A stretch of 32,000 nt of DNA from an archaeon (lineage in GTDB: Archaea; Asgardarchaeota; Thorarchaeia; Thorarchaeales; Thorarchaeaceae): NCBI GenBank assembly GCA_024275415.1, contig JAJRZD010000035.1, forward strand, positions 32,886 through 64,885. Reading direction: 5' to 3'. A model generated the notes under the pieces. That model worked only from the letters and a program-made list of their open reading frames with translations. It did no database searches and had not been told where the DNA came from. Positions 18,141 to 26,672 of the stretch are shown here, one piece after another. Every line of letters starts with the position of its first letter. Within the stretch, counting starts at the first letter, position 1. The position numbers were made by a program, and so were the translations under genes.

Positions 18141-19478
18141 ATGGATGCAGATTATGATATTGTTGTGATTGGTGGTGGGTTGGCCGGCCTCACAGCAGGG
18201 ATATCAGCGGCCCAGATGAATGCTAATACGCTGGTCGTTCGTAAAGGAGAGGGTGCTACCTCATTATCCTCTGGGGCTTTGGATATTGCCGGATATCTAC
18301 GCGGCGGTGAAACCCCTTTTCTTACTCCTGAGGAAGGAGTCGCTGCATTGGCCCATGTTTATCCATTTCATCCCTATTCAGTGCTTGAGAGCATTCCTTC
18401 TCTTGGTCTGAAAGAGATCGTTTCGTGGCTCAAAGACATACTCGCTGGTTCTCCGTCTGCAATGATTGGCAGCCACGACACAACAACCATGGCATTGACA
18501 ATTCTAGGCACAAAAAAACCGACTTGTCTTGTTCAGAGAACAATGCATACTACTCGCTTGGATAACACTGATGAAACGCTTCTTTTTGCAGGGATTAAAG
18601 GACTGGCGGACTTCAATCCGTCCACTGCATCAAAAGCGTTGATGGAATCCGTTATTGCTGGTGAAACTGGTCCTCACAAGATTGTGCATACTCTACTGGA
18701 ATGTAGTCCCTTTCGCCAACCCTCCAATATCTCACCAGTCGAACTAGCACGATACATCGAAACCGAGGATGGGTTGGATAGGATCATAAAAGAGCTTCAG
18801 CATTGTACTGAGCAGACCGGAACAACTCTAATCGCTCTGCCCCCAATTCTTGGTTTGGTCAATCCTATTGAAATAAAGAAGCGAATCGAGGAAGAAACTG
18901 GGACAGAGATTTTCGAGCTGTTATCTTTTCCCCCCTCTGTCCCAGGCTACCGGTTACAAAGGTCTCTTGAAGCATCGTTGAAGAAAGCAGGAGGGACTCT
19001 TCTGGTCGGTCATGAGGCTGTTTCATTCAAGAAGCAGGAAGGCAAGATCATTGATATCACTTTGAAGAGCCCTCGCAGGACATTCAATACACACCCGAAA
19101 AGTGTCATTCTGGCTACTGGCAAGTTTGTTGGAGGTGGACTTGCAGGGAATCGAACAGGGCTTAGAGAAACCGTCTTCGATCTACCTGTTCTGGATGGGA
19201 CGCGCCAATCTGTTCAAGATGTCAGACCATCTCATTTGACACGAGTTGTCCCATTGCACAAGGAAGGTCACCCTCTCTTTGAATGCGGTATTGGGTTCGA
19301 CACCCGCTTCAGGCCAATCGATGTCAAAGGCGACATCTTCGCATCGAATCTCTTTGCTGCGGGTTCTGTCCTTTGCGGATACAACTATCCCGTAGAAAAG
19401 AGCGGGTTGGGAGTAGCGCTTGTCACTGGAAGAATATGTGGTGTTCATGCAGCGGAGAATGTCACAGGAGGGAACTAA
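18141..19478 (+). CDS. glpB: Anaerobic glycerol-3-phosphate dehydrogenase subunit B
   Basis: IGGGLAG, SLSSGALD, PPSVPGYRL, LATGKFVGGGL, NLFAAGSVL..Y, G.GVALVTG. Confidence 0.88.
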   Translation: MDADYDIVVIGGGLAGLTAGISAAQMNANTLVVRKGEGATSLSSGALDIAGYLRGGETPFLTPEEGVAALAHVYPFHPYSVLESIPSLGLKEIVSWLKDILAGSPSAMIGSHDTTTMALTILGTKKPTCLVQRTMHTTRLDNTDETLLFAGIKGLADFNPSTASKALMESVIAGETGPHKIVHTLLECSPFRQPSNISPVELARYIETEDGLDRIIKELQHCTEQTGTTLIALPPILGLVNPIEIKKRIEEETGTEIFELLSFPPSVPGYRLQRSLEASLKKAGGTLLVGHEAVSFKKQEGKIIDITLKSPRRTFNTHPKSVILATGKFVGGGLAGNRTGLRETVFDLPVLDGTRQSVQDVRPSHLTRVVPLHKEGHPLFECGIGFDTRFRPIDVKGDIFASNLFAAGSVLCGYNYPVEKSGLGVALVTGRICGVHAAENVTGGN

Positions 19479-20711
19479 GTGGACGAAGAAGAAGCCTATG
19501 CACATGTCAGGAATACACTCAAAGAAGAGCGAATGATGCCGTTCTCCACCTCTGAAATGGAAGTGGTTCGATCCGTAGGACAATGTATCAACTGCGGTAC
19601 TTGCCTCAATCACTGCCCTGTAACGCGTGCTGTGGGAGTTGAGAGATTCACAGGCCCTCGGGGAATAGCTGTGGAACTTAGTCGTTCCCCTCCCGAGTAT
19701 TGGTCTAGTACCGACAGAATCTACCTTTGTACGGGCTGTGGTACATGCCGGGAAGTATGTCCAAAAAATGTTGACATACCGAATGTCGTGAATCTTATGA
19801 GGCGACGCATCTTCTCCCAGCGTCCTGATCTCGTTCCTCAAAGCCTACATCAGCAGAACGAGATTCTTCGAAAGCATAATCTTGCATTTGTTCCATGGGA
19901 TGACCCTGACGAGAAAGCAGAAAGCAGGAATATGCGTCTTGAGCGACTCGACCTACCTTTCATCAAGGACAAGATTCGAAAGGGAGCAGAGGTACTTTTC
20001 TATCCTGGCTGTCAGGCTGAAGAACGTGCTCAGGAGGTTCGAGAGGCAGCAAAAATAATCCTTGAACGGTTCAATGTTGATTATACTCTCGTTGAGAAAA
20101 TGACCTGCTGTAGCCTGCCAGCAATACTGGTGGGTGACATGGAAAAGTCCATCGAGCTGTCTACCATTCTCAAGAAGCAGATTGATGACCTTGGAGTTAA
20201 GAAGATAGTCACAACTTGCGCAGGCTGTACATCGAACCTTAATGAGATTGCAGCACGAAACAATTGGGAAATTCCTGTCTATCATATCCTTGAGTTTCTA
20301 GTCGAAGACATAGGTGTTCATGAGGTATCTAAAGCACTCTCCCCCATGGATGACCATACTGTGAGGGTAACTGTTCATGATCCTTGTCACCTCATCCGCC
20401 ATACATCCCGTCGGGTTCTCGAGTATGCCCATCGCCTACTGAATGCAATACCTGATGTGGAGGTGGTCGAGTCAAGTGCACACGACCTGTGTTGTGGAGG
20501 TGGCGGATTGGTCGGAAGGCATTCTCCTGACGTGTCGCGTGTGATAGTGAAAGAAAATATCCGAGCAATCAAAGAAACCTCAGCTGAGCGTATAGTAACT
20601 CCCTGCCCTCTTTGCACTGCGCAGATTGAGGAATCCCTTTTCAGAGATGGTAGTGACATCGAAGTGGATGATCTAACTGTATTCATCGCTCAGAGTTTTG
20701 AAGGAGGCTGA
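19479..20711 (+). CDS. glpC: GlpC-like Fe-S subunit (two 4Fe-4S motifs plus two CCG domains)
   Basis: CINCGTCLNHCP, CTGCGTCREVCP, YPGC/CC/CAGC and HDPCH/CCGGGG/CPLC. Directly follows glpB. Confidence 0.75.
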   Translation: MDEEEAYAHVRNTLKEERMMPFSTSEMEVVRSVGQCINCGTCLNHCPVTRAVGVERFTGPRGIAVELSRSPPEYWSSTDRIYLCTGCGTCREVCPKNVDIPNVVNLMRRRIFSQRPDLVPQSLHQQNEILRKHNLAFVPWDDPDEKAESRNMRLERLDLPFIKDKIRKGAEVLFYPGCQAEERAQEVREAAKIILERFNVDYTLVEKMTCCSLPAILVGDMEKSIELSTILKKQIDDLGVKKIVTTCAGCTSNLNEIAARNNWEIPVYHILEFLVEDIGVHEVSKALSPMDDHTVRVTVHDPCHLIRHTSRRVLEYAHRLLNAIPDVEVVESSAHDLCCGGGGLVGRHSPDVSRVIVKENIRAIKETSAERIVTPCPLCTAQIEESLFRDGSDIEVDDLTVFIAQSFEGG

Positions 20712-22143
20712 TGGGTTGATTGGCGCCAAACGAAAGACAATTGCAGCAGAACGAATTGCTGGTGTCATAGGGAACGATTTTGTCACAATTCACGAAACCG
20801 ATGCGTTGTTGACCTCTGTCGATGCATGGCCGTTGAGCCTAGCAAAGATCAGGGCTGGAGAGTTAATCCCCTTTGCAGATATCGTGGCATATCCCCATAA
20901 TGTGGAGGAGGTTTCCCAGATTCTTGCTATATGCAGTGAGCTTGAGATTCCCGTGACTCCAGTCGGAGGCGGTGCAGGAAGCTGTGGGGGAATCATCCCT
21001 GTATACGGAGGCCTTCATCTAGACCTGAAGCGTATGAATAGGATCATTGGCATAGATCATGACTCGATGGTCGTTCGGGTCGAGGCTGGAGTAGTTGGGA
21101 TTGATTTGGAGGAACATGTCAACCGTTTCGGTTATACCACTGGTCACACGCCCACTTCGTTGAGAGCATCCAATGTGGGAGGCTTTCTTGCAACACGGTC
21201 TGGGGGGTCGATGTCATCACTTTACGGGAAGATTGAGGACATGACGTTGGGTCTCCAAGTTGTTATCCCAGATGGCTCTATCATCGAATGCAAGGCTGTT
21301 CCGCGCCATTCGGTAGGTCCTGATCTAAAGCAGGTGTTCATTGGTTCCGAAGGTACGTTGGGTGTTATCACAGAAGCCACGTTGCAACTGTTCCCGATAC
21401 CAGAAGAACGACGATTCAGGAGCATGTGCTTTCCTGACATAACCAGTGGGCTGGACGCAATACGAAGCATCTTCCGAGCTGGGATTCGTCCCTCCGTGGT
21501 CAGATTGTATGATGAAACTGACACCGCAATGTCGATAGCACCACACTTTGAGGTGGATGACGAGTCCTGCATGTTGCTTCTTGCATTCGACGGCTCAAGA
21601 GAACGAGTGGCCCTCGATGAACAGCAATCAGCAAATATCTGTCAGGCGCACGGTGCGCAGGACTATGGTGATGGGCCATCTCGGAGATGGTGGGAGCATC
21701 GATATGACATGTACTATCCATCGAAATTCCTGACATCAGGCTATTCGATTGCCGATACCATTGATGTGGTTGCAACCTACGACCGGCTGGAGAGAGTCTA
21801 TTGGTCAATGAAAGAGGCGATGGAATCGGAAGGTGCCATTGTTCTCTGTCATTTTTCACATATGTATCTACATGGCGGAAGCATGTACATGATATTCTTC
21901 TCCTCACAACCTGATGCCGAGTCCTTGTGGTCCACATACGAGCGTATCTGGCATGCGGGGATTGAGGCATGTCACAAAGAAGGTGGAGTAATGAGTCATC
22001 AGCACGGAGTAGGTCTTACCCGTAGCACATACACTGAGGATGAACTGGGCAGTAGTTTCCATGTTCTTAAGATGATAAAACAAGCTCTTGACCCGAAAGG
22101 TATCATGAACCCCGGAAAGCTGGGCATGGGGGTACAGAAGTGA
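20698..22143 (+). CDS. FAD-binding oxidoreductase, alkyl-dihydroxyacetonephosphate synthase (AGPS)-like
   Basis: PVGGGAGSCGG, GHTPTS...VGGFLATR, GSEGTLGVITE, PSVVRLYD, CHFSHMY..GGSMY, SHQHGVG, LDPKGIMNPGK. Confidence 0.85.
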   Translation: MKEADGLIGAKRKTIAAERIAGVIGNDFVTIHETDALLTSVDAWPLSLAKIRAGELIPFADIVAYPHNVEEVSQILAICSELEIPVTPVGGGAGSCGGIIPVYGGLHLDLKRMNRIIGIDHDSMVVRVEAGVVGIDLEEHVNRFGYTTGHTPTSLRASNVGGFLATRSGGSMSSLYGKIEDMTLGLQVVIPDGSIIECKAVPRHSVGPDLKQVFIGSEGTLGVITEATLQLFPIPEERRFRSMCFPDITSGLDAIRSIFRAGIRPSVVRLYDETDTAMSIAPHFEVDDESCMLLLAFDGSRERVALDEQQSANICQAHGAQDYGDGPSRRWWEHRYDMYYPSKFLTSGYSIADTIDVVATYDRLERVYWSMKEAMESEGAIVLCHFSHMYLHGGSMYMIFFSSQPDAESLWSTYERIWHAGIEACHKEGGVMSHQHGVGLTRSTYTEDELGSSFHVLKMIKQALDPKGIMNPGKLGMGVQK

Positions 22144-23264
22144 TGGATTCAGAACAATATGCCGACCAGATACGCCTCTGTGCATCGTGTCCAAAACTAT
22201 GTCGTCATGTATGCCCGACTTTTTCTGCTTGGCGATCTAATGCCCCAACGCCACACGGTCGTGCCATCTTGCTCCACTATGAGGCAGTGGGAGCACGAAA
22301 CCTTGATGATCGAGCGGTCGAAGTGATTTATCAGTGCCTACAATGCAGTCATTGTTTGACTTGGTGTATCCCCGAGGTCGATATTGCAAGCATCGTTGAG
22401 ATGACACGTGAACGGCTGGTTTCAGAGGATAGATATCCGTCAGGTCTGGACAGACTAAAACAATCTGTGGACGCAAACCATAACCCATTTGGTGAGCCCC
22501 ATGGGACTAGAACCTCTTGGTATGTGACTGAGGGAGGCGAGGTAACACGGATTGTCTATTTCACTGGGTGCACAGCGTCATACAGAGAACAGTCCATTGC
22601 TGTGGCCACAGTCGAACTCCTACGTTCCATCGGCTATCAGGTATTAGTCTTGGATGATGAGTGGTGTTGCGGGTCTCCCTTGCTCAGGACCGGCTTTGTT
22701 CCCGATGCATTGGTGCAGGCTGAACATAACGTTGAGGTGCTCAACTCAATTGACGCCGAAGCGATAGTCGCCACTTGTCCGGGGTGCTACAAAACATTGG
22801 TGAAAGACTATCCCGAACACGGACTGTCCATTCGCATTCCTGTAAGACACATCTCCGATCTATTGGATGAAAAGCTATCTGCCCTCGATGAGAGTGACTT
22901 CTCCGAGGTCATTACATATCACGACCCGTGCCATCTAGGACGGCATTCTGGAGTGTACGATGCTCCTCGCGAAGTGATCAGGAAGATTTCAGGGGTTGAG
23001 GTTTCTGAGATGAAACGGAACCGAGAGAACGCAACCTGCTGTGGGAATGGAGCAGGGCTTCGTACGTTGTTTCCAGATGCAGCGAAACGAATCGGAAGCT
23101 CTAGGATACAAGACGCTAAAGATGTAGGCGCGAGGGTCTTGGTGACCTCCTGTCCGTTCTGCAAGAATATGCTCAAGGGCCAGGCTGATGAGTCGCTAGA
23201 TGTGTTCGACTTGCCTGAATTCGTACTTGGAATGACCCAACGCCTCAATCAGAAAGATGAATAA
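22143..23264 (+). CDS. (Fe-S)-binding protein with CCG domains (GlpC/HdrD-like)
   Basis: CASCPKLCRHVCP, CLQCSHCLTWC, FTGC/CCG/CPGC, HDPCHLGR/CCG.G.G/CPFC. TGATG overlap with the upstream gene. Confidence 0.88.
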   Translation: MDSEQYADQIRLCASCPKLCRHVCPTFSAWRSNAPTPHGRAILLHYEAVGARNLDDRAVEVIYQCLQCSHCLTWCIPEVDIASIVEMTRERLVSEDRYPSGLDRLKQSVDANHNPFGEPHGTRTSWYVTEGGEVTRIVYFTGCTASYREQSIAVATVELLRSIGYQVLVLDDEWCCGSPLLRTGFVPDALVQAEHNVEVLNSIDAEAIVATCPGCYKTLVKDYPEHGLSIRIPVRHISDLLDEKLSALDESDFSEVITYHDPCHLGRHSGVYDAPREVIRKISGVEVSEMKRNRENATCCGNGAGLRTLFPDAAKRIGSSRIQDAKDVGARVLVTSCPFCKNMLKGQADESLDVFDLPEFVLGMTQRLNQKDE

Positions 23265-23285
23265 GCCAAATGAGGTAATCACACA

Positions 23286-24404
23286 ATGACTACAATGGAT
23301 CACGACGAAGCACTGTACCTGAAGATTAGATTGTTACTTGAAGGTGCTGTCATCCCAGAAGGATTCTCAAGGGGACGTAAGGGAGGAGCTGGCCCTGTGG
23401 GAGGTAGATACTTCATGCTCCCTAATGGAAGTCTGTGTGGGATTCCCATCCGCACAAGTGAACAGGCTCGAATCTTCAATTCCTCGAACTTGGAACCACT
23501 TGAAGATGATAAGTGGCGGTACGATTCGAAGTACATCGTAACAGAGATTCCCACTCCAGAAATCTATCAGCATTCAACAAAAGATGGAATCGACTATGGC
23601 AAGATTGCTCTTCTTCATGGAACCGAATGTCTAGCCACAACAGTATTCCAGTCGTGTAAATACTGGTCTACAGGTGACCAATGCAAGTTCTGCACGATAC
23701 CCACCTCGTTTTTGAGCGGGAATACAATCAAAGAGAAGACGCCTGAGCAGATTGCAGAGGTCGTCAAGCAAGGGTTGAAGGATGGTATTATCAAACATGT
23801 CTTGCTCACGACCGGAACCTCTGAGGGTGAGGATATGGGAATTGAGCGGCTGGTCAGTATTGCAGAAGCAATCAGGGAGTTCAGCAACATTCCTATCGCA
23901 GTACAGTTCGAGCCACCGGAGGACACTTCGTATCTGAAGAAATTGGCTGATGTAGGTGTGAATGCAGTCGGCATCCATCTTGAGAGTGCCGATGAAAAGA
24001 TACGTTCCGAGATGTGTCCTGGCAAGTACAGGTACGGCTCTTTTGAGCTGTACAATAGGACTTGGGATGCTGCAAGAAAGTACTTCAAGAAAGGTGATGT
24101 TTCGACATTTCTTCTCTTTGGTCTCGGAGAGAATCTAGAACAAACGATAGATCTGTGTGAGTACCTTGCTCAAAAAGGCATTCTTCCAGTTGTTACTCCA
24201 TTCAGGCCCGCTCCCGGAAGCCAGCTTGCAGACTTTGTTCCGCATTATGTCGGACGGCTAGACGAGTCCGTTGAGTTTTATAAGAAACTGGGAACAATCC
24301 TTTTCAAACATGGCTTGGATCCTAAGAGCACTTCTGCCGGATGCTCACGATGTGGTGGCTGTACGCCGATGCAGGATGCATATAACTGGGCAAGCCATCA
24401 ATGA
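23286..24404 (+). CDS. Radical SAM protein, MSMEG_0568-like
   Basis: KIALLHG..CLATTVFQSC, non-canonical C-x8-C-x2-C motif, and C-terminal GCSRCGGC. Confidence 0.8.
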   Translation: MTTMDHDEALYLKIRLLLEGAVIPEGFSRGRKGGAGPVGGRYFMLPNGSLCGIPIRTSEQARIFNSSNLEPLEDDKWRYDSKYIVTEIPTPEIYQHSTKDGIDYGKIALLHGTECLATTVFQSCKYWSTGDQCKFCTIPTSFLSGNTIKEKTPEQIAEVVKQGLKDGIIKHVLLTTGTSEGEDMGIERLVSIAEAIREFSNIPIAVQFEPPEDTSYLKKLADVGVNAVGIHLESADEKIRSEMCPGKYRYGSFELYNRTWDAARKYFKKGDVSTFLLFGLGENLEQTIDLCEYLAQKGILPVVTPFRPAPGSQLADFVPHYVGRLDESVEFYKKLGTILFKHGLDPKSTSAGCSRCGGCTPMQDAYNWASHQ

Positions 24405-24427
24405 CACTAAAGTAGAGGGTCTGGACA

Positions 24428-24928
24428 GTGAATGACTTTGTTCTTTCCCATGAAGAGATCCGCATCATAGAATTCTCAGAAGAGGATGCCGAGGAGATAT
24501 CGCAACTATTCCGAGAGGTCTGGCCACAGGCTACTGAGTACCCCGAGGGATGGAGGAAGAAGCGGATGTACTCGGCTGAACAGATCATCGATGATATGCG
24601 GAATGGATACCATTACTTTGGATCACGATTACAGGGACGAATCGTTGGTGTCTATAAGGCACTAATTACCGACAAGGGTCTCTTTGGGGAGCATCAAGCC
24701 GTAAGTGCGGAATACCGGAACTCTGGACTTGCCTCTGCAATGTATGTACAGTTTGCTGAATACGGGAAAGCCCATGGATGCAAAAGGAACTATTGCAATA
24801 TCCTAGTTGGTCATAAACCGAGTGAGCGACTGATGAAGCACTTTGGATTCTGCCCGTGGGGTGAGCCCTATGAGCAGTATCCGGGGATGCAGGTTCAGAT
24901 GTATGAACGTCCTTTGGACGAGGAATGA
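24428..24928 (+). CDS. GNAT family N-acetyltransferase
   Basis: Acetyl-CoA motif A AVSAEYRNSGLASAM, with later 'LMKHFGF'. Confidence 0.8.
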   Translation: MNDFVLSHEEIRIIEFSEEDAEEISQLFREVWPQATEYPEGWRKKRMYSAEQIIDDMRNGYHYFGSRLQGRIVGVYKALITDKGLFGEHQAVSAEYRNSGLASAMYVQFAEYGKAHGCKRNYCNILVGHKPSERLMKHFGFCPWGEPYEQYPGMQVQMYERPLDEE

Positions 24929-25004
24929 CCACAACAATATACCGGAATACTCATAGATGTTACAAGTTACAATACTCGCTTACATCCGTTGAGGTATGCT
25001 GCTG

Positions 25005-26672
25005 ATGAATCTATTCTCTATCTTGGTGGACGGAAAAGAGATTGATACTGGGAACTATGTGACCTTTCCTGATATGAATCGTGTAATAGAAGACCCTGGG
25101 TTAGCCATTGCACTACAGATGCGGAGCATACCCTTTTTTCAAAGACTGATGATTTCTCGGGCCACACGTTTGATTCCGGAGAAATCTCCTGAACTTCGAT
25201 ATCTGAAAGACTTTGTGAAGGCGCATGGCGTTCCCAATTACTCGAAAGACGAGATTGATGAGGTTGCCTTTGCTCAGGTCGCTATCGCACGTGAATCGGA
25301 CATCAATGAGGCGCTTGACGCAGGGGTTCGTGACCATGGTCATCTTTTCAATCCTTTCATGGTCGAGGGAATGGGAGTCACCCTTGACGAGCGTGTCGAG
25401 GCGTTATATCAGGCTGGGCTTGCAGTGAAGGATCATTTCAAAGAGGTTCGCGACATATCTGTTAAGGAGGGAGTGCCCATTGGCACATTCAACTGGACTT
25501 GGGAGATGTTCACTGAGTACTTGGAGAAAGAAACCTTTGAGCTATGGGGCAAAAGCCTCGATATTGTAGAAGCACCTGGCCGGGACGGAGGTAAGAACTT
25601 CAGATTTCGTGAACCTTATGGAGTGGCCTGTCTGTTCACACCGTATAATTCTCCACTGGCTTTGGGAATTCTCAGCATCACATCATCGATTCTGGCAGGT
25701 AATGCTACTATTCTGAAGCCTCCAGCAAAAGTGCCCCTCAGCACGATTATACTCGGTAAGATATTCATGGAGCGATTCTTGGACATGGGGCTTCCTTCAG
25801 CCATGATCCAAGTCATCACAGGCAGTGGGAAGAGGCTGATGAACCGATTCATGAGCGATTCTCGAGTTGGAACCATCGTGTGGTATGGAGATAGTGACAG
25901 AGGGCTTCAGTTGTGGTCAGATGCAGTCGCTCGCAGAATACAGATGGCCCCCGAACTTGCTGGAAGTGATGCAAGTCTTGTCTGGGGTAAGGATGTGGAC
26001 TTGAGTTTTGCAGCAAAGATGATTGTGAAAGGACGATATTTGGGAAGTGGACAGGCGTGCATGGCTGTGAAACGACTACTTGTCCAAGATACGCTGTATA
26101 AGGATCTCCTTCACTTGGTGATTGAAGAAGCGGAAACTCTTAAGGTAGGTCTCCCTTCAAACCCCGATGTCACACTCCCACCAGTAGGGCTGACTGCATT
26201 GTACCTCCTCATAGATCAGATGAAAGACGCTCAGGCGAAAGGAGCTATGGTCGAAACAGGTGGTTATCGGATGAATTATCTTGGAGAAGAAGACCCTGCT
26301 GGATTGTTCTACAAACCTACAATCTTGACGAATGTCACACTTGATATGCGAGTCATGAAGGAAGAGGTCTTCGCACCAGCACTGCCAGTCATGAGCGTGT
26401 CCAGTGTCGAGCAAGCCATATCGATTGCAAATGCCACTCGGTTCGGTCTGCGTTCATCAATCTTTACAGACGACTCCAATGTCAGGATGGCGTGGGTAAA
26501 GGGAATACAAGCTGCTGGAGTAAACGTTGGGCAGGATCATCTCTATTTCGATCCACATATGCCTCATCTTGGAGGCTATAAGGACTCGGGGATAATTGGT
26601 GGCAAGTACTTTCCTGAGATGCTTACTCGGATGAAGTATGTACATACGGGCCCCGGAATTCAACTTGAATGA
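25005..26672 (+). CDS. Aldehyde dehydrogenase family protein (divergent)
   Basis: REPYGV...PYNSP, ILKP, ELAGSDA (Glu), GQACMA (Cys), EEVFAP, FGLRSSIF. GAGGT SD spacing favours ATG 25005 over 24996. Confidence 0.88.
   Translation: MNLFSILVDGKEIDTGNYVTFPDMNRVIEDPGLAIALQMRSIPFFQRLMISRATRLIPEKSPELRYLKDFVKAHGVPNYSKDEIDEVAFAQVAIARESDINEALDAGVRDHGHLFNPFMVEGMGVTLDERVEALYQAGLAVKDHFKEVRDISVKEGVPIGTFNWTWEMFTEYLEKETFELWGKSLDIVEAPGRDGGKNFRFREPYGVACLFTPYNSPLALGILSITSSILAGNATILKPPAKVPLSTIILGKIFMERFLDMGLPSAMIQVITGSGKRLMNRFMSDSRVGTIVWYGDSDRGLQLWSDAVARRIQMAPELAGSDASLVWGKDVDLSFAAKMIVKGRYLGSGQACMAVKRLLVQDTLYKDLLHLVIEEAETLKVGLPSNPDVTLPPVGLTALYLLIDQMKDAQAKGAMVETGGYRMNYLGEEDPAGLFYKPTILTNVTLDMRVMKEEVFAPALPVMSVSSVEQAISIANATRFGLRSSIFTDDSNVRMAWVKGIQAAGVNVGQDHLYFDPHMPHLGGYKDSGIIGGKYFPEMLTRMKYVHTGPGIQLE

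Noticed and set aside
19182-19841. 219-aa antisense ORF
   Set aside because: Shadow of glpB/glpC with no recognisable domain.
23286-24928. Complete Nit1C nitrilase cluster
   Set aside because: No nitrilase, AIR-synthase-like or flavoprotein Nit1C partners are present in the window.
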